Assembly: GCA_963575745.1 (NCBI GenBank)
Contig: CAUYUJ010000151.1
Span: 62,001-117,582, forward strand
DNA: 55,582 bases
Direction of reading: 5' to 3'
Source: Prorocentrum cordatum
Lineage: Eukaryota
Part shown: positions 12,201 through 23,297 of the stretch, piece after piece
How the letters are laid out: each line of letters starts with the position of its first letter
How positions within the stretch are numbered: position 1 is the stretch's first letter
The notes under the pieces: generated by a model
Seen by the model: the letters and a program-made list of their open reading frames with translations, nothing else
What the model was told of the DNA's origin: nothing
The model's database searches: none
Made by a program: the position numbers and the translations under genes

Positions 12201-14642
12201 GCCAAACGGTAGACCTCACACAACTCGACCAATGCACAGTCTGGGAGCCTCTCGAAGTCTAGCGGCGACATCTGATCTATGCCGAGCCCCGCTCTGGGCT
12301 TCATAGCAGATGCTGCCCGTCGCAGATCCTCCACCGTAAGTGGCTCTAACTGCTCCACACGTGCACGCTCCCGAATCATATCACAAACTTCCATGATCTC
12401 TTTGATCAGACAGCGACTCAGACCTCCAGAGGTCCCGAAACTTGGCCACCTTGTGGTCCACGATATCCACAGGTGAACTAAAACTTCCGCTTCCCCTTCC
12501 TTCTGAATATGCAAATCATCAACCTGGGGTGGTGGATCTTTGATGCTACGATGCACGGCCCCGATGGAGCCCACCGGCGCAATCCACTCCTGAAAATGTA
12601 TGAGTGAGCTGGCGGCAGCTCGCGCATGCGCCCGCTTGGCCCCGCGCAAGGCCCACGCCTCCAGCTGCTGGAGACGCTCGAGTGCTGCATCTCGTAGCCC
12701 ACGAAGCTCAGGAGCAATCGACGCCCACGACCCTGCGCATGAAGACGCGACAGTAGAACACGAAATAGACTCTGGCGCTGTATCCAACAACCTGTCCAAT
12801 GCTGAACATAGATGATCCACCTGCGCAGCTCCATTCTGGCGCGTCCTGTGTCGCAGTACCTTCTGCACCATAGTGCGCAGGCTACTCCACCACGACGCCG
12901 TCGAATCGGCCACGGGCTGCATGCGAACATGAGCTGCTTGCTTCGCTGGCGCCACATGGAGATCGAAGCCTCTCGCCCTAGAAATGTCCGAAGCCTCCTG
13001 ACCGTGATGCGCTGCAATGGCATGCTCCACTGTACTCGCCCACGTGGCATACCTACTGCTGGCATGTAATATGAATTGCCGTCCAGCCGCGAACGCAAGG
13101 GATTCCCGAATCGCTGGCCAGACCTGCTGAAGAGAGCGTGGTTCCCAAGAAGCTTGAGCCAAAGCGGCGGGCCACGTGGCAGAAGGAATGGGGTAAGACG
13201 GATCAGCAGCGGCACCAGCAGCGGAGCTCGGAAGGCTCGCGCCAGCTCCACTGACATCAGACCCCCGAGGACGATTGCTGGTTAGGGCTCCACTCTCCCC
13301 CGAAGATTCAGACACAGAGTTATGCACCGCGGATCCTGACACTCTGGCTTCAGTGCACTCCTGCGCCGGGCCCTGTCCAGGCCTCTGAACCGACTGCAAA
13401 GACGATTCCAAAACCTGGGCGCTGTTTGAAGCGGGCCCCGCGGGAACAAAAGGAAGACTCGTCGGCCCAAGGATCCTCTTCCTCCTCGGGCTCAAAACTA
13501 AAATGAAAATCAAAATCCTCGACCTCCTCTCCCACCGCCTGCTGCGGTTCAACCTCGAGAGCTTCCCCAGAGGCCACGAACGAAACTTCGTCGTCCCCGC
13601 TGGCAGCTCGGGCGGGCTCAGGTTGGAGAAGGTCAGAAAGCAGTTCGCCACGCGCAGCCCTATTTTTCTCACGAGCCATCTCGCGACGAGAAACCAACTC
13701 CTGCTTGGCTCGATGCGACTTCGAAGCCACAGCGGGCTGCAGCGTCGGCCTGCTCGCTTGGGGCATACGCGGGGCAACACGCAAGGAACGAGTCATTAAT
13801 TGCAAACCAGACTGCCTAAAATATATGGCTAGCCCACAATGGGGCTTCCATGGGACGGCTTCCACCGCCTCGACTGATTTGATATATGGCAGACAGGGCG
13901 AACTAGCTACAAGATAATCGCTGTGCGACTGACCCTTACTGCTGACACATGTCTGCTGCACAGGCGCTCTCAATGCATGCCCTCCCAGCCTCTGGAGATA
14001 TCTCGACTCTAATATTTGACTGACATCAATGTTCCAGTCACCCACGATAACCCATGGCAGTTGCAGGCATTGCACAAAAGCGCCCAGGCGCGACATGCGC
14101 CCCACGTTGTCGCCGCCGAAGCCGGCTGAGCAGTAGCCGTAGTACACTATGACCACGAACGAGTACCCCTGCTGGTGCACCGTGACGGCCATGAAACCAT
14201 CGTAGTCCACTCCACCAGGGACACAAACACCAGGTCGATCACGAGGTTTGTCCACAAACCTATGCACATGTCGATAATTGCGTGCAAGAAACAGCTCACC
14301 TCCTTCACATGCGCGGGCTTGACCAGATGCTGAACTGCCATTGCCCGTTGGACGTGCCCCATTGTCCATGAAGCGCCAGTGAAGACTCTGAGCTTTCTTG
14401 GCCCACTCGTCGCGAGCGGCTCCTTTCCCCACGAGATGTGTCTCAACTAACCCCATAAATTGATACTGGTCCAACTGCGACTTGCTGGAGAGGAACTTCC
14501 AACCCTGCCGCCCAAGCAAAGTGAAGCTCGCGAAAAACATTCTGCATTCATCATCTCCACCATGACTGTCGACTGACTCCTCTGCCGACTTGCCTGCTCC
14601 TGAAGCCGAAGGCGTCGACCCTCCCACGGCAGAGCTGGACCG
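9249..14642 (-). pseudogene. LINE ORF2: APE endonuclease - RT - CCHC - RNase H - C-terminal Cys/His motifs, disrupted
   Basis: APE: LVETH, GDWN, SDY, PH (about 14540-13820). RT: AGLGID, GGDRVI, DVHAFYDSI, LVQG, WIDD, YLG (about 12350-11420). CCHC: CDRC-x8-H-x4-C at 10579-10526. RNase H: GDASGG, GEL, TDN, GNEVAD (about 10310-9845). In-frame stops at 12134, 11513 and 10394; frameshifts near 13450, 12480 and 9410. Confidence 0.9.
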
Positions 14643-15660
14643 TCAAGCCGAACCACTGGCACCCGCGCCGCTGGCCGCCTGCGCTGCACGCGCTGCGGCC
14701 TCGGCTGCCTGCTGTGCCTGCTTGATGCGCTCCATCTCCTGCTTCACCTCGTCGGTGGAAGGCTTCGCGTCCGCTGGCGTAGCAGGCTGCCCAGGCGCCG
14801 CGGCTGCTGCCGAAGGCGCTCCTGGCACGCCGCCCACGCCTGCGTCCTCGCCCTTCTCCGCCTCCATCTTCCTCTTCTTGACCGCGCGCTCCTCGATGGC
14901 ACGCTTGAGCTCCTGGATCTTGGCATTCCACTTCGCGATGTCCGCTGACTTGCTGGCCAACGTGACACGTGTCGCCCTCAGATCCTTCTCGAATTGCTTC
15001 AATGCATTCCGTTCGCTCTCCTCGCACTCGATCTCGTCGAGAGACGCGAAAAAAAGACTCGTCCCACGTGAAACCGATGTTGGCGGGAGAGTCCTGCATG
15101 TGCTGCTGCTGCTGCTCCTGCGTCTCGGCGTCGGCCTGAGTGGATAGGCCGACCTCCTGCGCAAGAGCCGCTGCTGCTGACCTTTCGCTTATCTCGGCCA
15201 AGGCCAAGTTCCTCAGAGCTTCTGCCTCCTTAGCCTCGGCCCTCACCAGGTTGTCCCTGCATCGACTAGTCTGGGCTGTGGCCTGGTCGAACTTCAACTT
15301 CGCATCCTTCCACGCACCCTCGGCGCGCCTCGCCGCCTCAGCCGGCGCTGGCGCCGCCATTGCCGCTGGCGCCTGGGCCCTGGCCCTGCTCGCCGCCTCC
15401 TGCGCCTGCAGCTCCAGCAACTTCTGCTGCGCAGGGTCCGTGGCGAGCTGGGTGGCCTGGCGCAGCAGCATCTCCACGGACGGCGATTCCGACAAGTCGC
15501 CCATGAGCGCCGCCGCTGCGTTCTTGCCGTCGGACTTGCTCTTGTGGAGCTTCACCTTCGACGAGCATTTCCTGCATTTGCAGTCCGCCTTGAGCAGTGT
15601 ATCGTTCCCCTCGTATGTCCCACACTTTTTGCACGTGCTCCATGAACGAACTGCCGACAT
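14643..15660 (-). pseudogene. LINE ORF1: N-terminal CxxC...CxxC zinc ribbon and coiled coil, one frameshift
   Basis: WSTCKKC...CRKC followed by Ala/Glu/Gln/Lys-rich helices. ORF 14551..15717 switches to ORF 14643..15164 at the A7 run 15049-15055; removing one base gives WDESFFASLDEIE. Confidence 0.75.
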
Positions 15661-15759
15661 GATGCTGGCCTCTCTTGGCCAGCGGGACAGCCTGCCTGGC
15701 GATGGCAGGGAGCCCATTGCTCCTCAAGCACTGCGGGAAAGTGAGAGGCCGAGACCGCT

Positions 15760-15794
15760 GCCAAAATGACGCGCTCGACCCAATATTGCTTGAG
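15760..15794 (-). other. Tandem spliced-leader relics at the LINE 5' end
   Basis: The minus strand reads CTCAAG (SL 3' end), CAATATTGGGTCGAG (11/15 to CCATTTTGGCTCAAG) and GTCATTTTGGC (10/11 to GCCATTTTGGC), starting 1 nt inside the TSD boundary. Confidence 0.65.
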
Positions 15795-15795
15795 A

Positions 15796-18163
15796 TGATG
15801 AGAAGGAGGAGGAGGAGGAGGAGGAGGAGGAGGAGGAGGAGGAGGAGGAGGAGAATGAGAGGAGGAGAGGAGGAGGTAGAAGGAGGAGGAGAGGAGGAGG
15901 GAGGAGGAGGAGGAGGGAACGAGGATGAGGAGGAGGAAAAGGAGGAGTAAGGAGGGGAGAAGAAGTATGATGATAAGAAGTGAAGCGGAAACAGGAGGAA
16001 GAAGAATAAGGAAGCATGAGGAGCAGGAGTAGGAGGAGGAGGAAGCAAGCGGGAGGAGGAGAGAAGGAGGGGAGAAGGAGGAGGACGAGGAGGAGAGGGA
16101 TGTAAGAGGAGGATGAGGAGAGGAGGAGAAGGAGGAGGAATAATGGAGGAAGAAGGAGGAAGATGAGGAGGGGGAGGAGGAGGAGGATGATAAGAGGAGG
16201 AGGAGGAGGGATAGAGAGAGAGAGAGGCAGGGGGGGGGGGCAGAGGGACGAGTTGTGGACGTTCTGCTACGAACGACATGCAGGAACGGGGGCAGGGGAG
16301 AGAGAAGAATGATGAGGCGGGACAAGGGGGAGGAGGAGGAGGAGGAGGAGGAGGAAGAAGAAGAGGAGGAGGAGGAAGAGGAGGAGGAGGAGGAGGGGGC
16401 GGAGGAGAATGAGGAAGATGGCGAAGGCGAGGGGAGGAGGAGGAGGAGGAGGAGGAGGAGGGGAGGAGTAGAAGGAGTAGGAGGAGGAAGGATGAGGCGG
16501 AGGCGGCGGAGGAGGGGAACGATGATGATGATGAGGAGGAGGGAGGAGGAGGAGAGCAGGAGGAGGCGGGACAAGAGAGGAGGAGGAGAAGGGAGAGGAG
16601 GAGAGGAGGATGATCGATGATGATGAGGAGGAGGAGAGAAGAGGACGGAGGAGGAGGGGGATGATGAGGAGGCGGAGGGGGAAGGAGGAGAGGGGAGGAA
16701 GAGATGAGGAAGAGGAGGAGGAAGATCAGAAGGATGTAGATGAGGAGGGGGAGGAGGACGAGGAGGAGGATGAGGGGGCGGAGGAGGAGGAGGAGGAGGA
16801 GCGAAGGAGGAGGAGGGAGGAGGAGGAGGACGAGGAGGAGGAGAGGAGGAGGGGCAGAGGAGGAGGAGGAGGCGGAAGTACGAGGAAGAGGAGGAGGAGA
16901 TGGAGGGGGGGGAGGAGGGGAGGAGGAAGCGAGGAGGAGGAGGAGGAGAGGAGGAGGAGGAGGAGGAGGAGGACGAGGAAGAGCGAGGAGGAGGGGGGAA
17001 GGATTTTCTTTTTTCGAGCTAGGAGGGAGGGAGGAACGGAAATGAGGGGAGAGGATCAGGAGGATGGGGAGGATGAGGAGTAGTAGGAGGGGGAGGAGGA
17101 GGAGAAGGAGGAGGAGGAGGAGGAGAAGGAGGAGGAGGAGGAGGAGGAGGAAGAGGAGCCGGAGGAGGAGGACGGGGATGATGGTGGGAAGGAGGGAGGG
17201 AGGGGGTGAGGGAGGGAGGGAGGAGGGGAGAGAGGGAGGGAGGGAGGAGGATGAGGAGAAGGAGGTGAAGTACGCGGAGTAGGAAGAGCAGGCGCAGGAG
17301 GGGAAGAAGAAGCGGAGCAGGAGGAGTAGGAGGAGCAAGAGTAGGTGGAGAGGGAGGCACGGGAGGAGAAGGAGGAGGAGACGAATGTGGAGGATTAGGA
17401 GGAAGAGGAGGAGGACTAGGAGTAGGAGGAGGTTGAGAAGGAAGATGAGGAGGAGGATCATGTGGAGGAGGAGGAGGAGGACAAAGGGACGATGCGTAGA
17501 CGTTCTGCTACGAATGACGTGCGGGATATGGGGACAGGAGAGAGGGGGGGGAAACAGAGGAATTTGGGAGGAGGAGGAGGAGGAGGCGGAGGAGAAGGAG
17601 GATGAGGAAGGGGGAGGAGGAGGAAGAGGAGGAGAAGGAGGAGGAGGAGGAGGAGAAGGAGGAGGAGGAGGAGAAGGAAGAGGAGGAGGAGGGGGATGAG
17701 GAGGAGGAACAGGAAGAGGAGGAGGAGGAGGAGACGGAGGAGGGGAAGTAGGCGGAGGAGTAGGAGGAGCAGGGGCAGGGGGAGAAACAACAAGAGGATC
17801 ATGAGACGTAGGCAGGGCAATAATAGGCGGAGCGGACGGAAACCGAGGAGGATGATGCGACGGATGAGGGTGATCCTGATGTTGTTCATGATGATGATGC
17901 TGATGCTGATGATGTTGATGATGCTGATCATGTTGATCATGATGATGATCATGATGACAATCGCGGTGATGATGCTGCTGCTGGTGATGATAATGCTGAC
18001 GATGATGATACTGATAATGCTGCTGATGATGAAAACGATGACGCTGATGATACTGATGCGTATGATGATGCTGCTGATGATGCAGATGATGATTATGATG
18101 ATGATGCTGATGATGTTGATGTTGATGATGCTGATGCTGATGCTGCTGCTGATGATGATGATC

Positions 18164-18223
<60 letters not shown>

Positions 18224-18547
18224 CTGATGATGATGATGATGATGGTGAGGATGAGGAGGGGATGATGATGAGGAGGGGCGAAGGAGGATAAATAATGAGG
18301 GGAACGATGAGGAGGAGGAGGACGAGGAGGCGGAGGTAGAAAAGAGGAGGATGGGGAGGAAGATGATCAGGAGGAGGAGGAGATGCAGGCAGGGCGGGGA
18401 AGACGGACGATGTGCGGACATTCTGCTACGAACGACGCGCAGGAGAGAAGACAGGGGAGAGAGGAACGGAGGGGGGAGGGACGAGGAGGAGGAGGAGGAA
18501 CGGACGAGGAAGAAGAAGAGGAAGAGGAAGAGGATGATGATGATGAT

Positions 18548-18609
<62 letters not shown>

Positions 18610-18645
18610 CGATGATACTGATGCCGATGCTGATGATGATGAGGA

Positions 18646-18676
<31 letters not shown>

Positions 18677-19046
18677 CAGGCGGGGGGGGGAGGAGAAGGA
18701 GGAGGAGGAGGAGGAGGAGGAGGAGGAGGAGGAGGAGGAGAACAGGCAGGGGGGAAGAGAACTAGGGACGGTTTGTGGACGTTCTGCTACGAACGACGTG
18801 CAGGAGACGGGGACAGAGGAGCAAGGAACGGAGGGAGGAGGAACAAGGAGGATGATGATGATGAGGAGGAGGAGAAGGATGAGAACGAGGAGGAGGAGGA
18901 GGAGAAGGAGGAAGAGGAGGAGAGGAGGAGGAGGAGGAGCAGGAGGAGGAAGAGGAGGAAGAAAAAGAAGAAGAGGAGGAAGATGATGAGGATGAGGATG
19001 AGGATGAGGATGAGGATGAGGATGAGGATGAGGATGAGGATGATGC

Positions 19047-19102
<56 letters not shown>

Positions 19103-19103
19103 C

Positions 19104-19142
<39 letters not shown>

Positions 19143-19490
19143 GGAGGAAGAGGAAGAGGAGGAGGAGGGCCGAGGAGGAAGAGGGACGAGGAGGAGGAGG
19201 AGAAGGAGGAGGAAGAGGGGGAGGAGGAGGACGAGGAGGAGGAGGAGGAGGAGCAGGAGGAGGAGGAGGAGGAGGAGGACGAGGAGGAGGAGCAGGAGGC
19301 GAAGGATGATGAGCGGAAGGAGGAGGAGGAGGAGGATGAGGAGGAGGGGGGAGGAGGAGAAGGAGGAGGAGGAAGAGGGGGAGGAAGAGGAGGAGGAGGA
19401 CGAGGAAGAGGAGGAGAAGGAGGGAGGGAGGAAGAGATGGGAGGGAGTAAGGTGAATATTGGACGGAGGAGGAAGCGGCGAAGGAGGAGG
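15796..19490. repeat. Compound (GAG)n/(GAT)n microsatellite field with embedded conserved ~45-bp motifs
   Basis: Direct inspection; it continues the field at 8600-9200 on the other side of the LINE. Confidence 0.9.
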
Positions 19491-20505
19491 ACTAGTGTCA
19501 ACCCAAGAGCCACCAACGATGATGGAGTACACCCTCCGTTCAAGCTCCCTTTTTCATAAACCCCTACAGCGGCTCATTTTTATTGAAGCATCTGCCTCGT
19601 TGGAAGACAACCGTTTGAAGACCCAGAAGCATGCCAAAACATTGTTTTCGGGATTTCCACGCCCCGGATCAACCTGACTGTTGCGTGATGACGATCCTGG
19701 ACCGCACCAGAACGCCATTCTTGGGATTCCAACACCGCGAATCAACGCAACCGTTGCGCCGGCAAACTCTGGAATCGAAACGCCATTCCTGGTACGTTCA
19801 TCGTGGGAATCCGTGGAATTCTGGCACATTTTATGACCGAATGCGCGTGGCGCTAAGGCGACAGCCACATTTTGAAAAGAAACCGCCCTAAACCCGTGAA
19901 GTTCTGGCAATTTGTAAAACGAATTTGTGCGGCGCTACCACGAGAACCACATTGCGAAAACGGATTGTCCTCAATCCGTGAAGCTCTTGCAAATCATTAA
20001 AGCGACTGTGCGCGGCGCTAAGGCGAGCGCCACATTTTGAAAACGGGTGATCCTCAATCCGTGAACTTCGTGCAACAATTTGAAACAAATGTGCGCGGCG
20101 CCCACACGAGAGACACATTTAAACAAAAATACGCCCGCCCTCAGTCCGTGAAACTCTTGCAAATTGTTGAAAAAAGTTTGCGCGGCACCAAAGCGAAAAC
20201 CACATTTTGAAACCTCCCGCCTGCAATCCGTGAAGTTTTTGCACATGTTTAAACCGAACTTCGCGGAACTAGGGCGAGAACAACACCCGCCCTCAATCCG
20301 TGAAACATTTCCAAATATTCAAACACATGCGCGCGGCGCTAGGGCGAGAGCCACATTGTGAAAACCACCCGCCCTCAATCTGTGAAGCAGTTGCCATTTG
20401 CTAAGCTTCAGAATCATAAACGGTGAGGAGGTGTCAGGCGAAACGCCCCGCCCGCCCTACAAACTTGCCTCGGGCTGCGACAGGGATAAATTGCGCTTAA
20501 GGAAA
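19491..20505 (-). repeat. Dispersed ~82-bp-array element (about 7 units)
   Basis: Same unit and flanks, reverse-complemented; 3' end GACACTAG|T. Confidence 0.8.
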
Positions 20506-20631
20506 AATCGAAGAGGAGGAGGAGAAGGAGGAGGAGAAGGAAGAGAAGAGGGGAGGGATACTGATATAGGACAAAAGGATGATAATATAGGAGGGAGGAG
20601 GAGGAGGCACAGGAGGAGGAGGAAGAGGATA

Positions 20632-21311
20632 ACCAGTGTAAACGCAAGAGCTATCAACAATGTTGGAATACACCTTCCTTCCAAACTCCCTCTTCAGAAG
20701 CCCCTACATTGAAGCATTTGCCTCGTTGGAAGGCAACCGTTTGAAGACTCGGGAGCATGCCAAAACATTGTTCTCGGGATTCCAACGTCGTCACACATCT
20801 ACTTGACTGTTGCGTCTTGACGATCCTGGATCGTGCTAGAACGCCGCTCTTGGGATTTCAACGCTGCGAATCAACCAAACCGTTGTGCCCGCAATATGCG
20901 GAATCCGTCCAAAGCACCATTTCTGGTACGTTGATCCTGGGAATCCGTCAAGCTCGCGCAACATGTATGAACGAATGTCCGCGGCGCTACGGCGAAAGCC
21001 ACATTTAGAAAAGGAGCCGCCTTCAATCCGCGAAGCTCCTGCACATGTTTAGAACGAACGTGCGCGGCGAGAAGGCAATAACCACCTTTTGAAAACGGGT
21101 GATCCTCAATCCGTGAAGCACTTGCAAACTTTTACAACGAATGTGCGCGGCGCTGAAGCGAGAGCCACAGTTTGAAAACGGGTGATTCTCAATCCGTGAA
21201 GCTCTCGCACATTTTCAGAAGGAATGTGCACGGCGCTAAAGCGAGAGCCACATTCTGAAAACGGCCCGCCCTCCATCCGCGACACCGCTGTCAACGTTGG
21301 AGCTTCAGAAT
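20632..21311 (-). repeat. Dispersed ~82-bp-array element (about 4 units), interrupted; remainder at about 23520-23625
   Basis: Same unit and flanks. The missing 5' flank (...CTCAGGCGAAACGC...CCCGCCCTA...CGACAGGGA) reappears after the 2.2-kb insert. Confidence 0.75.
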
Positions 21312-22407
21312 CCGCCGACCCCTTGGGGTTCACCGGCGCGCGAGATGCCCCTCCCTCCCCAAACCCCTCCCCCGGGAGCCCGGCCCGGTCGATTTGGAAG
21401 GGGGGGGGGTCCGGCCGGATCCGCCGGGGGGGTCATCCGCTCCGAGAAATCCTGCAAGGACTCCTCCGTGGCCTCGAAATGGTCCCAGGACGCCACTCGA
21501 CGGCCCAAAATGACCTCCACGGGGAGTTTGGCGCCCCTAAGATGCCCCAAGATGGGCTCAAGACAGCCCACCATGCCTCCGAGATGCTCCAAGAGGCCTC
21601 GAAGAGGCACCCCAACAAGGCCTTGAGGAAGCCAAAATCATCAGTTTCCATTGGGAAAACGTGCATTTTTAGCACGCGCGACGTTTCGGCCTCCACAGCG
21701 GTGAAGCCAGTCCAAGAGGCTCCCAAAACCACCCCAAGACGTCCTCCCAAGAAGCGCCCAAGACGGCCCAAGCGGGCGCCGAGACAGCCCAAGGGGCTCC
21801 CAAAACGGCCGGAAAGGGCCCCAAGACGGTACCCAGAGAGGCCCAAGCGGGGTAGCCCGCACCGAAAATCCGAGCCTTCCGCTCCCAGACGGCTCCAAGA
21901 CACCCCCAGAGGCGCCCGAAAGGGCCCCAGAGGCTCCCAATGCGCCCCCCGAAAAAACCCCAAGAGGCCCACAAGAGGCCCCAGGAGTCCCCAAAACGGC
22001 CCTCAGGAGGCTTCGAGACTACCGTCAAGAGGCCTGCGAGAAGTTTCCCCAAGGCGATCCAAGCGAACGCCGCACAAGCCTCATACCCACAACCTGGGCC
22101 CAGCGGTCAGACTCCTCGCAACTTCCGTTCCTTGCCGCCGTGCTCGTCGCTTGTCTCCGCAGGGCGTTTCGGCGGTTCTCTCCGCAGCGCCCGTCCCGCC
22201 TTACAGCACTTCGCGCAAACCACCGTATTGCCCCGCTTGAAAAAATTCTAACGGAGTTCCCCACATAAAAACATTAACGGTCTCTTGGGACCCATGGGGT
22301 ACGACAACATCAACACGAAGGAGAAGCTCATCGAACGAGTAAGTACGCACGAAAGGGCAGACGAAAGAAAGGAAAAGGGAGGACAGGTGCTCGGGAAACG
22401 AAGCCTT

Positions 22408-22840
22408 GTAAATAGTATGGGTTTCCGATACCCTCCTCGCTCAGGCGGGGCCTCCCTGGAAAGGTGGGAAGGGCATGAAACCATGTACATAATATGGGTT
22501 TCCGAAACCCCCCTCGCTCAGCGGGGCCTCCCTGGAGAGGTGGGAAGGGAACGAAACCATGTGCATAGTATGGGTTTCCGATACCCTCCTCGCTCAGGCG
22601 GGGCCTCCCTGGAGAGGTGGGAAGGGCATGAAACCATGTAAATAATATAGTTTTCCGAGACCCTCCTTGCTCAGACGGGGCCTCCCTGGAGGGGTGGGAA
22701 GGGCACGAAACCATGTAAATAGTATGGGTTTCCGATACCCTCCTCGCTCAGACGGGGCCTCCCTGGAGGGGTGGGAGGGGCACGAAACCATGTAAATAGT
22801 ATGGGTTTCCGATACCTTCCGTCTGGGCCTCCCTGGAGGC
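22408..22840. repeat. 77-bp minisatellite, about 5.5 units
   Basis: Unit starts at 22408, 22485, 22561, 22638, 22715 and 22792. Confidence 0.9.
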
Positions 22841-23124
22841 GTGGGAGGCGGGGGGCGGGAGGGAGAAGGAGAGGATGTTCTGGGAAAGCAACCCCACTCA
22901 GGATGCGGGGAAATATTCTTCTGGTCCTTCGACAGATGGCCCCCGTCTGTGAACGCGGGCTTCGACCCGTCCTTTTTCGGGGGACACGCAGAGCATTCAA
23001 ACTTATTCGCCACCCTGCGCGCATCGTGGCACGCCCGGCACGCTACTGGCCTATGGTGGATGCCCGTCTGGTGGTACTTCTTGATCTGGTCTGACGTCAG
23101 ATGCCCCGCGTCCTCGAACTCTGG

Positions 23125-23297
23125 GCTACCCCCGTCCGCTCACGGGCGTTGGGAACCCACGTGTTTTCACGGCTGTCCCGCGCTGGGGCGTTAGGAACCC
23201 ACGCGTTTCCAAACATGTCCCGCTTTTGGACGTTAGGAACCATGTGTTTTCACGCCTTTCCCGCTCTGGGGCGTTGGGAACCCACGTGTTTTCGGGA
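23125..23297. repeat. About 41-bp minisatellite, about 4 units
   Basis: GCGTTRGGAACCCACGTGTTTTC repeated. Confidence 0.75.

Larger units (their letters stand above)
9201..15795 (-). mobile_element. Full-length, decayed APE-type non-LTR retrotransposon (LINE) with RNase H
   Basis: 15-bp TSD TGATGAGAAGGAGGA at 9186-9200 and 15796-15810. Contains ORF1 and ORF2 (APE, RT, CCHC, RNase H). The 3' end is a short GGTAATCTTGGTAA repeat rather than poly(A). Confidence 0.93.

Noticed and set aside
12480..13800. Possible DNMT or other cargo between APE and RT in the LINE
   Set aside because: I found no FxGxG, PC or ENP motifs in the translated frames; it looks like a linker.
15338..19543. 1401-aa ORF and other long poly-P/S/L/H/E/D ORFs (e.g. 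475-2046, 2662-4140, 34762-36435, 41400-43080, 49844-51463)
   Set aside because: These are translations of triplet microsatellites that lack stops in several frames at once, with no domain content.
22408..22840. CRISPR-like regular repeats (also the 73-bp and 82-bp arrays)
   Set aside because: Whole units are homologous with no unique spacers, there are no cas genes, and the context is eukaryotic.
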